DNA from: Octopus vulgaris
Taxonomy: Eukaryota
NCBI GenBank assembly: GCA_951406725.2
Contig: OX597816.1
Location: forward strand, 41,602,001-41,666,000
DNA length: 64,000 nt
Direction of reading: 5' to 3'
Under the pieces are notes generated by a model. That model was not told the DNA's origin. It did no database searches and saw only the letters and a list, made by a program, of their open reading frames with translations. Both the position numbers and the translations under genes were made by a program. This document shows positions 28,011 through 41,167 of the stretch, one piece after another; the first letter of the stretch is position 1; every line of letters starts with the position of its first letter.

Positions 28011-28629
28011 CACACATATTTAAATATGCATATGCACACATTGTGTGGCATGATCATGTGCATTTATGACCTCTCACATCTTTCAGAATGCTTTATCTAA
28101 ATACTTTAGTTGAAAAGAATGCTATTAAAATAATTTCCCCATTTTGGTTCCCAACTAGGACGAATACCCTACGTTGATAACTTCGATTATTTATGTCTCT
28201 TCAGATGTGATCCTCTGAATTATATAAACTGCTTCAATTTTTCCTTTGTAATGCGTAAATAGAATGCCAAAGTCAAGAATTGAATTTTAGATTCAATACT
28301 GATGTTTCATAGATAATGTATTGTTACGAATACATATGCTTGCATTTAGAAGCCAAATTTTGAAGAAATAAATGGAACATTGTTTCTGGTTAAGTTTGAA
28401 GATGAACACTAACCTGCTTATGTATAGATTTATGAAACAGAACAAATTAGATTTTGGATTCTTGTTTAACACATCGAAAACGATAATAGCTGTGATATTC
28501 TCCATCGCTATGGTGCTCGTTGAAGTCGTCATGGTATTCGTGCTCTTCCTCCTCGTCTAAAACGTAACTGTCGTTGTAGTGGTGCTAATGGTGTTAGTCA
28601 TCGTAGTAGTAATAGTAATAGTAGATTTT

Positions 28630-28835
28630 GTTGTAGCTGGTAAACAGTACGCTGGGAAATTTGATTAACGTCATTTCGTCTGTCTTTACCATGTGAGGTC
28701 AAATTCCGCCTACGTCGACGTTGCTTTTACTTCTTTTGGATTCAATGTAGTAGATAGCAGTTGATCACCGGGGTCGATGCAATCGATTTACAACTCACCC
28801 AAAATTTTTGGTCTTGTGCCAAAATTTAAAATCAG
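28630..28835 (+). mobile_element. SINE family B, degenerate copy
   Basis: tcaaattccgcc..gtcgac..ggggtcgatgcaatcgat..ggtcttgtgccaaaattt. Confidence 0.65.
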
Positions 28836-29071
28836 TATACAGATCTGAGGTCGTGAATGCCTGTTGACATGAACGTCTAATAAGCGGCGAAACAAGCCAT
28901 TGGTTGTATACTGCGTTCTGTTATTTACTTACATTTGGTCATATAAATAAAATGAAAAGAGTATTTTCCTATTTGTTGAATTTTGCCTCAGTCACTTAAC
29001 CAAATTCTCTACATAGTATAAAGCAGACAACGAAACAAATTAACATATTTAGTACACAAATAAGTGAAAAC

Positions 29072-29134
<63 letters not shown>

Positions 29135-29947
29135 TGAGGATGTGTGTGTGTATGAGTGTAAACTCACATAACTTCTGGAGTTTACAGCTGATTTTCTCGA
29201 AACTGCGAACATACCAGAGATGCTTTTATACACAATTTCTTTTCAGAAAGTGAGTAATGGGACCCCTGCGGGCAGAAAACCTCCGTTACTAGGTAAACAA
29301 TACAAACGATCGCATAACGTGGTTGCTTCGTTGGTGCATGGACATTACTCTTGATGACGTACTCATGTTAATTTCTCTAACTATTTATATGTTATGTTAT
29401 TTTGTATATATAAAACTTTTCATGTTTGCAACTGATTTTCTCCAAACAGGGAACACACATTACTTATGTTCCAAAGATTGTTTTAGACTGTTGAAATTGA
29501 AATTGTTCAAATAATGAGTAATGGGGCCTTTGGGGGCAGAAAATCCCCTTTCCTTGGGTACGTATGACTACCCGCATGGTCCACGCATTGCTTCTATTCA
29601 CACTCGAAAAAACCACTACTGAAACGCTATAACTAAGTTTCATTATATGGATGCACCGATATAGACTCCAAGCTGCGTTGTCTAAGTGGTAGCAATAATA
29701 ACCTGTTCCCGTAGTACCATAGGTAGCAATTTTTTGGAAGAAAAACCGTTTGGAACACAGCATATTTATTATGAAGAATATGCTAAAATATGTTAAAGCT
29801 TGACCAACTATTGAACTATATTCTTTTGGTTTCAGTATCAAAGTTTTCCTTCTAAGCCTAGACGAAGCCCATACAAATATTCTCTAGCTATTGATTACAA
29901 ACCGAATTCTCGCACGTTCAATTACCTACTAATTTATAGTGACTAAT

Positions 29948-30303
29948 GCCCAACCACCTTACTTAAAGACCGGGTCCTTAATGTGACCTTGTTTACCCAG
30001 ACGCTGCATGCAGAATTGTTTCCGTTTGTAAGCCGAGTTGTCCTCACAATAGTCGCACGCTGTTTACGTGAAGGACTGCACGGTTGAGACACTACTATTG
30101 ATTCCCAACCACGTCAGCAATCCAACGTCACATGACCCAACCACTTTGTTAGAGACCATGTCTTTAATATGACTTTGGTTACCCCGACGCTGCTTGCAGG
30201 ATTGTTTTCGTTTTGGAGTTCAGCTGTTCTCACGATGGCCGCACGGCCTGCGCTCACAATGGTCGCAAAGGTGTGCAAGGTTGAGTCACAACTGTTGATT
30301 GAT
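29948..30303. repeat. Diverged two-copy tandem duplication (~190 bp unit)
   Basis: cccaaccac..gacc..taat.tgac.ttg.ttaccc.gacgctgc.tgcag.attgttt occurs at ~29949 and ~30136; tgca.ggttgag.cac..ct.ttgatt at ~30077 and ~30274. Confidence 0.75.
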
Positions 30304-30792
30304 TCTAAACCGAAATATCGCATGACAGTGTTGTTTACAAGCGCTTCCGTGCCAATCTCTATGATATCACGTAATTTCTTTCGTATAGATTTCACTCATG
30401 TAGCGTTGTTGAGCGTGCCCACAGGCTAAATATATCTGCTGATTTTTCAGCATAGTAGAGGGATCGCTGACAGCTGCAAAGGAGCGTATATCCACTGAGA
30501 GTGTTTTGGTGCATTCAGATATTACATACCCCCAATCACACTCCCATCACAATATTAGGGCCTGGAATCTTTCAAAGAGCCGCATGAATCTCCCAACAGA
30601 TACATACACAAGTGTGTATTCCAATATGAATTATAAATAGCTCGATGTATATAAACAAAATCAAACACACATACACAAAGTTATTAGTTGTTGTTAGTTC
30701 GTGGGTCGCGTGCGGGAGACAATACATTCTGAAAGCGCCAGTTGTTAAAACACTTGAATGTATATAGTCATAATCAGAGATACAGCTTACAG

Positions 30793-31105
30793 CAGTAGTT
30801 TCCAAACTTTTTCAGGCTGCCGCCCCCTTATCATTCAGCCCACGTTCCTAGCGACCACTCATCCTCCCCAATACAAATATAGACGATTATCTGCAACAAA
30901 TTCAAAACGACTGTATTTCACAAATTAAACCTAACCCTAATTAACATTTAAATATATATATTCTGTTTATCTTTCTGTTGAAGAGCGTAGGCTCGAAACA
31001 TAAAAGACATGTTTTATTTATATTCCTGAGCGTCATACTAATACAATTGTTTGTTTGTACTCCACCTGCCTTCGTCTTTTGTTTATTTTCATAAAGCTTC
31101 CCATT

Positions 31106-31141
<36 letters not shown>

Positions 31142-31255
31142 CATTTATCACCCCATTTTGGTCCACCTCATTATCATCCCACTTTTCTTTAACGCATCCT
31201 CTCGATCATTCAACCGCCCCTAAGTGGGCACTTCTGCCCACTTTGGGAACCATTG
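30793..31255. mobile_element. Non-autonomous hAT (Charlie-like) element
   Basis: TIRs cagtagtttccaaa / tttgggaaccattg resemble the CAGTGGTTCCCAAA hAT terminus; 8-bp TSD is not preserved. Confidence 0.65.
30970..31007 (+). ncRNA. Minimal type I hammerhead motif, CUGUUGA core variant
   Basis: TCTTT-CTGTTGA-A-GAGC gtag GCTC-GAAA-CA-TA-AAAGA; within a ~160-bp insert (30958-31110) ending in (TA)n inside the hAT element. Confidence 0.65.
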
Positions 31256-34177
31256 ACTTAGATCAGGTTTTGTTCGATATGCGGCATTGAAAAGTCAAGA
31301 AATAACAAAACATCAATGTCAGTCGTACTAGATCTGATTTCAGTTATCTCGTTTGCCTATGACTTACTTTCAGGTGCTTTTTAACATCAGGTGCATTCAG
31401 AATATATTCTCTAAGGCCTAAAACACAGCGGTCCCAGGAACTAACAACACGCACAAATTCTCTGAGTTGACACCAAGGAGGGCAAGGAGCTTAGCAGTCC
31501 CTGCGACACTGGTAGGGATGTGAGGGCAACAAGGGCAGCATCGTCGCCCAAAGGGGAGGTTCCGGATCGTGTGGGCCTGTAATCTGACTTTGAACACGCT
31601 GCAGTCAAGACGGTATCTGGTGTTTCCGTCGCTCTCAGCATTAACCGTGCTGTTTCCAACTTCGGATAGACCTGCAGGGCTACTCTCAATAGCAAAATGC
31701 GGACGAGGAACAACGTCAACATCACGTCATCAAATCTCCACAAGACTCTCAAATACAGCCGCTGCGGCCATTTCTGCTTTTCCTGGATTGGCCTTGAGAG
31801 AAAAAAGCGTGTCTTCAGTCAACGTGGATCAGGCCGTTCTCAATTCGTGAAACCAAACCAAAAAAAAGAAAAAGAATATATATGCATATAAGTAACTACA
31901 TACACGATCGTACTAACCAACACACTCACACACACACACATACAGAGCCCCTCCCCAATTATCCACACATAAATACTCATGCATATATATACTCAGACTG
32001 ATGAGAGTGAGAAAAGAGGATAGGGAGCAGAGAGCAAACGCAGAGACTGAGAAATGGGAGAATAAATCAACTGGTTGAAAGAGTTAAGGCTAATAGATTA
32101 ATAGGCCATGTATTTGTATTGAAAAACAGATACACATACTGATTGATCTTATAAAACCTACGGGAAAGAACGATTGAAGCATATCTGCAAATGTGATTAA
32201 ATCTACTTGCATTAATAATGAATCGATATCCGACCAAAGTAAAAAGGTATATTTTGTTGCTGTTGGCACATTAAATCCTACATACTGCTGCGATACGCTT
32301 CTCCATTCTTTTGATGGTGCAGTTAATCCAAATTGAATGCCTATGCACCTTTTGATTTCAAACATAGCTATCACGTGAACGACATCATTTTCTTATTTAT
32401 CTTATTCTGTTTAGATTTACCTTGTCTCTTTACAAGTAATGCAAAGCCTGTTATACTTAATTTTGCGTTTGCTATGATTCCCCAGATGTTTCTTTGTCCG
32501 TCTAGATTCTTTGTAAAATTTTTGCCGTGAACAGTATTACTAAAAAGAAAATTCGGCTTGTTTTCGTTTCTAATCTTGACCATTTACCTCATGTGTCAGA
32601 TTAATCATATTCGAAAGGTATAGCTTTGTAGTCACCATACATATATGTGTTATATTGTTTTGTTTCTTTCCGAATTGACTGAAATTTTACTTAAAATCTA
32701 ACACATTATTGTTCACTTTTCGCCGCCTTTATATAATATTAGCGACAATAGTAGAACCGGTTATATTGTGTAGCAGTCACGGTAGAACTTAATCAATAAA
32801 TAACAGTGTATATGACAAAGGTTGGGGATAAATCTTTCAAATATATGATAAATATTCCACCGAGGCAAATTTTAACCATAAAGGTGATAGTGTATAGAAT
32901 GATAAATAAAAGAAGTAGAATATGATTAATAAAATCATTTAATAACCGAATTTTATATCACATTTGAGTCAAGATCAAAACAGATCAGTCTATTGATAAT
33001 ATAATTACTTGGCTATAGCGATGCAGTTTAATTTGGTATAACAATATTCCTGGAAGATATTAATACGATAGCTTCCTATTTGACATGAATTTATATTACA
33101 TTCGACAACTCAACAAACTACTTCCAGAACATTATATCGCTAGATTATTTCACCGCCATGTACATATGTATGAAAGGCGGCGAGGTTTAAATTAACTGTT
33201 AGAATAAACACTGCATAAATTTACTGCATAGTTCAATAGATGCTGGTCGTATACTTTACAATAAACATTGCATCATAAATGAACGCCATTCCCTCGCTGA
33301 TTCTGTTAGCTTTACCAACACTGATTAACAAAAAAAAAAAACAGAAAAAGAGTAATATTTTGAGTGGTACATAAAGCATATCTGTACTGCTTTTTATACT
33401 AACTTCACTGCTTGGGCATCGTATTAATTTTAGAGATGAAACTAACTGAATAACTATAATTATATTTTCAATACTTTGCATTTTCTAGGATAGTTTTTTC
33501 AGATCTTTGATATTTAATCCTCGTAACCAGTAATTGAAAATCTTAATCAATCACATAGTTTTACGTTTGTCATATTTTACAAGAAAGAACAATGGACTGA
33601 TTCAATGCAACAAATATGTTGGTGATGAGGAGAAACAGTGAGCAACGTTTTAAATTTGCACTGATTGTTCAAGTAGATAACATGGCAGAAAAACAAGAGA
33701 GGTTTAAGAGGGAAGCGTTTTCTACATGTATGGATGGAGTAATGTATTAATCGTACTGATTGTTAATTTTACAGTTAATATCGAACTAATGGTTTTTACA
33801 AAAATGTAGGACCAGTCTGTCTATCGAAACGTACTCAGCTTAGCATTTCTTCGTCGTCAACATTCAATGGGGTAGAACAACCAATCTCAACCAGTCGGTG
33901 TTTTTTCTGAAAATGTTGTACTGTTCCTCCTTTCGATCGCTGAGTACAAAATGTAAATTTTCCATTAATGGTGATTGATGGCGAAACAGCAGACATTGCA
34001 TTTCGACCAACAAGTACATTGTTTCCAAAAACGGCGGAATGAACAATGATGAATGCTTGATATGTGAAAGTTGTAAACTTTCGTGGAAGTTTTAATACAT
34101 ACTTGAACAAACCGTCGATAAGATGTTTAATTAAAGAGGTTGATAATTTTGTACACGTGTGACAGCCTAGAGAGAGA

Positions 34178-34221
<44 letters not shown>

Positions 34222-34299
34222 GAGAGAGAGAGAGCGAAAGGGAGAGAAAGACAAAACTAGAGGGATTTAGTGAGATAGATAAATAGATAGATAGAGGGG

Positions 34300-34580
34300 G
34301 AAGAAAGAGAAAACAGAGATCCTTTATTTTACAATTGATAACAGTAATGTAACGATAAACGACGCCCTTTCCCGGTTTCTGTGACGCATGTGTTCGCCCC
34401 AGCTGGACGAGACGCGAGACCATTGCAGCGTTACTTATTTTTGCCAGCTGAGTGAACTGGAGCAACGTGAAATGAAGTGTTTTGCTCAAGAACACAACGC
34501 GTCGCCCGGTCCAGGAATCGAAACCACAATCTCACAATTATGGTGTTGACACACTGACCAGTAAACCATGCGGCCCCACA
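34300..34580 (-). mobile_element. tRNA-derived SINE family C-related
   Basis: tgctcaagaacacaacgc..ggtccaggaatcgaaaccacaatc resembles the reversed tRNA-like head of 42756-43139. Confidence 0.7.
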
Positions 34581-35304
34581 AAAGTAATGTAATTTACATG
34601 AAAACATGTGCAAATATTTGACATGCAACGGGAAAATTGAAACTAACAGATTGCGGTCAAAACTGCTATTGCGGTGGTATCAATAAAATTCGCCATCTGT
34701 TTTTCCAGGGGTCAGCAGCACTTTTTCATTTATTCAATAAATCTATGCATTCATGCAGCAGATTATCTCTCTACCTCGTAAAAAGGAAATTATGCTATGA
34801 ATATATCATCTCATGTAATTTAGAAACATACCTGTTATCGTAATCACTGTAGGTATTGCATGTCTAGCAGAGGTGCGACCAGAATTTACATATCGCTGAT
34901 TCTGATATGTGAAAGATATCTTTACACATACAATTATTTTAAATGAAACTACATATTTATTTCATCTTATTGCGCTTAAATACGTTTTTTTCTCATAAAT
35001 AATCAATCGAGATAATTGAAAGTAGAGAATTCGATAATCAGGGAATGTTAAAATTTGTTCTCTTCCTATGCATTTAGTTTTGGAAATTCTTGTTGTATTA
35101 AGTGATTGTCAAGAAGGAAGATTCGTGATTTTCATGATACAGTTTCACATAACAAGGGTTTTGGGAACAAAACATTTTGCCACATTTTTGTAGGTTGCTG
35201 CAACGTGAAGACGTAGGCCATACATATGAAAACGAAATATACACAGCATGCTGCGCTTCAAAAGATAACATATTTTACATGAAATGTTATTGATTATCAA
35301 TTAT

Positions 35305-35810
<506 letters not shown>

Positions 35811-36534
35811 GACTAAAGAGTATTATTGATAATCTCCACAAAAATATACGTTGATTTAATCCAAAATATTGAAAAGTTAAAGAAATGCAGTGTTAGATTG
35901 TGTATCCAATGTTCATTAGACAGTTGCATAATGTGGATTTCAAGAACTATATATACATACATTTGTATTCTCTAATAGAAATGCTGTTAAAGTTATATAT
36001 TTTGAGACACAAATAATGTAGATTGTGGTTTGAAATTATATGATAGGAACCATGACATGCATTGTGTAATTTTAACGACTAAATAAAAACCTATTCTAAA
36101 AATATGCTACGATAATTAAAACAAAATTGCGTCTATGAATAGCAATTTCAAATCTAAAAAAAAGCTGTACTTAACCTATAGGTATAGAGCACACAAATGA
36201 TAACATTTTTTCAATAACCATGTCAGACTACATTGAAGAACACTCAGCAAGTTAGTTGGTACCTGGACGAAAATTACTTTCAATGATATGCAAGTCTGTA
36301 TTATCGAAGGGCAAGGAAACTTGACCAGCATGAACAACGATTATCATCCACATGTTAAAGGATGGACTATTGAAGGAGCTCTGTTTGAATAAAACGCATC
36401 ATAAGCGTTGACTAACTAGTAAAGAATAAACGTGTTTGCAATATCTACAAGAGAATATGCATATATTGTATACATAAAGGCACGTATACATCCAACTTAA
36501 AATGCGCATGCAAATATTTTTATATGTACATACG

Positions 36535-36589
<55 letters not shown>

Positions 36590-36603
36590 ATTATTATTAT
36601 TAA

Positions 36604-36684
<81 letters not shown>

Positions 36685-36699
36685 CATTATTATTATTAG

Positions 36700-36965
36700 T
36701 ATTTACCTTACTTACATTGGACTGTTATGTGTCCTCATGTTGTTGCTACCACAACGTTTCGGTTGATTTACGCTCCTGCATTCATCAGTTGTCTTGATAG
36801 AATTCCTAAGGTATTTTACTGTTATTGTCATTATTATTAGTACATGGAACAAATAGAGACTTCAATAAGGGTGGAGCGCTTGCAGAAAACAGCTCGAATA
36901 CTCCAGAAAGTGCTCGAAAACTAAGAGGTGTTACCTTAGTTCGCTGGTAGTGAACAGCTAACAGC

Positions 36966-37017
<52 letters not shown>

Positions 37018-37175
37018 TCTGAAAAAATACCTTAGGAATGAGTATCGAGAGTTTGGTTCAAAATTTTACTAGGCACCCGATGAAGGCTGAAGAGTAAATC
37101 AGGCGAAGTGTCGTGGTAGCAACAAACACGATAGGGACACATATTCGTCCAATGTAAGTAACGTACAGAATTCCT
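36700..37175. mobile_element. Fold-back hammerhead-bearing element (same family as 53043-53425), older copy
   Basis: Arms ~36700-36815 and ~37025-37165 are diverged reverse complements. HHR-like motifs at 36749-36793(-) CTGATGA..GAAACGTT and ~37073-37115(+) CCGATGA..GAAGTGTC. Confidence 0.75.
36841..37017 (+). mobile_element. 3' end of an R4/Dong-like non-LTR retrotransposon with (TAA)n tail
   Basis: YMEQIETSIRVERLQKTARILQKVLEN* (36841-36924) resembles the LQK..GTARILRKVL C terminus of R4/Dong elements, followed by a short UTR and (TAA)n. Confidence 0.7.
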
Positions 37176-37219
37176 TATCCCCAACATTTAGAGCTATATA
37201 TACGTGTCTCTGTGTGTGC

Positions 37220-37268
<49 letters not shown>

Positions 37269-37739
37269 TGTTTATTCAGATGATGTCACTCAACACACAA
37301 GTCACGTTTCTTTTCAATTTCAAAATCATCATAGGGCAAGTAAAACGATGACGCTCGAGGCTTATGTATGCGTATGATGACACGGCGTTGGGTGTTGAAT
37401 TGAAAATGAATATCAAGTACTGGTTAAAATACTGTCAGATATTCAAATGTTTCAAGAGATTTACAAGAAGAATGCTAATAAGGAGGATGCTACTGTTGCT
37501 GACCTATAAGAATGAAAGCAATAAAAAATAACCGAATACATTGCAATTTAAATGTACTGAACTTGTCGAAATAGCATTGCACTGGAATAGAGCGAATGTT
37601 AGTGCAAGTAGACTATTGTTAACATGGAAAATGTGACGGGATTCAAATACGCGATTCAAATAACCATTGCAAATGAATAACATATATACTCCTATTTATT
37701 TCGAAACATTTCTATGTATCTCTATCTATCTATATGTGT

Positions 37740-37873
37740 AGTTAGAAACTTGCTTCTCAACGACATTCTTCTGAATCCATTCGTAGTGCATGACTTCTTG
37801 GAGAATTGTCTTTTACTATCGTCTCGGGCTGACCAAAGCCTCGTGAATGGATTTGGTAGAGAAAAATTACTGT

Positions 37874-37875
<2 letters not shown>
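37740..37875 (+). mobile_element. SINE family A, 5' fragment
   Basis: tgtcttttactatcgtctcgggctgaccaaagcctcgtgaatggatttggtaga. Confidence 0.6.
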
Positions 37876-37927
<52 letters not shown>

Positions 37928-38007
37928 ACAGGATAAGGGCAAAAGAAAAATTCTAATGCCAAATATGCCGAAAAAAAGACAGAAATTTTCAATAACCATT
38001 ATAATTT

Positions 38008-39200
38008 ATGCGTCTCGAAACAAGGATATGCACAATAGTGTCAGAACAAAATACCAGGAACTTTAGACTGCAAGAACTCAAAAACACCCTAATCGACAGA
38101 CATTACCCAGCTCAACTCATAGAGGAAGAGATCAGACGTGCAACAGAAATCAACATAGAAACTTTAAGAAAAGTTCAACACAACAACACACCTTCCCCGA
38201 AAATACTACCTTACATATCTACATACAACCTCAGAAACAAAGAAGCCTTCACCATCATCACCCAGAATTTACCAATACTTCATAAGGACCCCAAATTAAA
38301 GGAAATTCTAAACATACACCAAATCATTAAAAGCTACAAACAACCTAAATCACTTTAACTGATTCTCACAAAGGCAAAATTGTTTTCTGAAATTACGGAT
38401 GCAAAAGTAAAAAAATGTGGTAGACCGAACTGTGCAACATGTCCAAACCTGCTAGAAGGATCAGAATTCTTCTTCAAAGAGGGACAGAAATTCAATATCA
38501 AATCTAATTTTAGTTGTGCCTCTGAAAACATAGTTTATGTCATAAAATGCTCGGGCTGCCACCAAGACTACGTGGGATCCACGGGACTATCACTCAGACT
38601 TGTGCCTCTGAAAACATAGTGTATGTCATAAAATGCTCGGGCTGCCACCAAGACTACGTGGGATCCACGGGACTATCACTCAGACGTAGATGCACACTGC
38701 ATCGACAACAGATTGCTTTCCCAGAATACAGAATCATACCCTTTAGTGAGCACATTGAGAAATGCGCAAAGCAACTACTACCAAAATGTTTAATCTTTCC
38801 ATTTTACCAATGTGCTATCGGAACACCATCACAAATTAGACTAAACAAGGAAACATTCTTCATTGAAAAATACCAGACCAAACTTAACCATTCCAACATA
38901 CTTTTACAGAGAAATTCACTCCAAAAGAAAGGCAAAAAATTTTAAGCGATTATCTCCTTTACACCGGAAGAAATCACTTATTACCTCACCCTTATCTGGA
39001 ACTCTTCTCAACATGAACATAACGATAACTCTTCTCAACGTAAACATAACGATGTAAGAAATTTGAAAAGCTGAACGCGAAACTGGTCATTTCTTCTAAA
39101 CTATGTCATTGTAAGAAAAAAATTTATAACATTCTTCAGACATATTGACTCAAATATATATTTTTTAACCTTTTAAAACAAGCCTTCTGTATTTTTTTCA
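38008..39200 (+). mobile_element. 5'-truncated Penelope-like element (Neptune type): RT thumb, Zn linker, GIY-YIG endonuclease; disrupted
   Basis: RICTIVSE..RLQELK..LIDRHYP; LPYISTYN; KCGRPNCATC linker; FSCASENIVYVIKCSGCHQDYVGSTG..LRRR..LHR..SEH..RLNKE..FI..LN. One in-frame stop (38356-38358) and an 86-bp duplication; flanked by (TA)n and (CT)n(TA)n. Confidence 0.92.
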
Positions 39201-39210
39201 CTTTTTACTA

Positions 39211-39291
<81 letters not shown>

Positions 39292-40532
39292 TTGTTGTTG
39301 GTTTGCAAGATTCTTTATGTGAATTTGTGTGTCGAAGCATATTTAATTGTGTTTGAGGAGAGCCATTCTCTTTTAGGATCTTAATACTTTCCACACTCAC
39401 CGGTTCGATTTCTATTCATTTACTTATTAGGTTTTCAAGAAAGTTTTTGCGGAATTTTAAAATTTGGTTTTAAATTATATATTTTCAAATTAATTTTAGT
39501 TAACTTACTTTGACTGAGATATGTGCATCTGAATTTAAATGTTAAAAACCAAATGAACTTTCTTGACGACCTAATCTTTAATTTCTCTAAAATTTTCGTT
39601 GCGTCCAGCAACATCTTCAATAGTCATTGACTCCCTCCTGTATCTTGCTTCATCATTTTTATATCTTTTCCAGCTGCCTCTTCTCTGTTCTGCATTAAGG
39701 TGGCTTCTTCATCTGCACAACGTCATCAGCTATATATATATAGGGCCAATATTTTCTATCGCCGTATATTCTCTTGAATGATGTTGATTCGTAAGGGATA
39801 TTATTTATAACTACTGGATAATCGTTTATTCAAAGCATCCAATATATCAACTTTTCGCTTATTTTACACATACACATACATAAGCGCACACACATATGCA
39901 GACACGTATGCGCATACATGCACAAGTGCACACATGTGAAACCTGCAATATTAACATCAATTGTGTATCAGGCAAATAAATGCCAACATTTAAACACAGT
40001 ATAAGAATAAAATCTTATAGTGAAACCAAATATAATATAAAGATTTAAACAAATTCATAATAACAAGTAATTAATAATCCACTTCTTTAATAATATCACT
40101 GAGAAAATAAAGAAATAAGATATTGGAAATAAAGCATATAAAATGATTAATTGCACTTCATATGCTATTATGTTATGTTATGGCACTTCAATGATGCAAA
40201 TGGGATAGATCCAGAATTGAAAAAAAATGAGACAAGTATAAGAATATGAGAAAAGATTGGAAGGAAATATAAATATATAATAAATGGATTGGGGTCCTTA
40301 CTTAAGAGTAACATTACTGTAAAAGCAAGGTTTACATCGACATTTTGGAATTTGCGTAATAGGTCTTGTATGGCATAAATAAATTGTCAGATCAGTTCAT
40401 TGTTTTTCTCAATTTAGAGTAAGTGAATAATTATAGTCGTTAATTAAATATCAAAAATAATCGATAGTATATAGTTAAAATAATAACAACAACAACAACA
40501 ACAATAATAATAATAATAATAATAACAACAAC

Positions 40533-40595
<63 letters not shown>

Positions 40596-40802
40596 TTCAA
40601 ATTTTGTCACCAGGGCAAAAGTATTTGAGGAGAGCATGGGTTGATTACATAATTTCCAGTGTACAACATGTTACTTATTTCACCGACCCCGAAAGCTTCA
40701 AAGGCAAAGTCAAACTCGGTGGTATTTGAACTCAGAACGTGCAGATGGACGAAATGTCACTGCTTTGCCTGGCGTGCTAATGATTCTAACCGCTCGCCGC
40801 CT
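40596..40802 (-). mobile_element. SINE family B with (TAA/CAA)n at its 3' side
   Basis: tttcaaattttgtcacc..ccgaccccgaaag..aaaggcaaagtcaaactcggtggtatttgaactcagaacg. Confidence 0.7.
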
Positions 40803-40841
40803 TAATTATGATGATAATGACGACAACAATAACAACAGCAA

Positions 40842-40913
<72 letters not shown>

Positions 40914-40920
40914 ACTGGAA

Positions 40921-40959
<39 letters not shown>

Positions 40960-41032
40960 TAAGTATACATACATAGGTATGTTTATGTGTGTATAGTCAT
41001 ATATATATGTATATATATATATATGTATGTAC

Positions 41033-41072
<40 letters not shown>

Positions 41073-41077
41073 GTACT

Positions 41078-41108
<31 letters not shown>

Positions 41109-41111
41109 GTA

Positions 41112-41167
<56 letters not shown>

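Noticed and set aside
32090-32583. Two adjacent minus-strand ORFs (70 and 94 aa)
   Set aside because: No convincing motif; splice-like signals do not give a consistent gene model.
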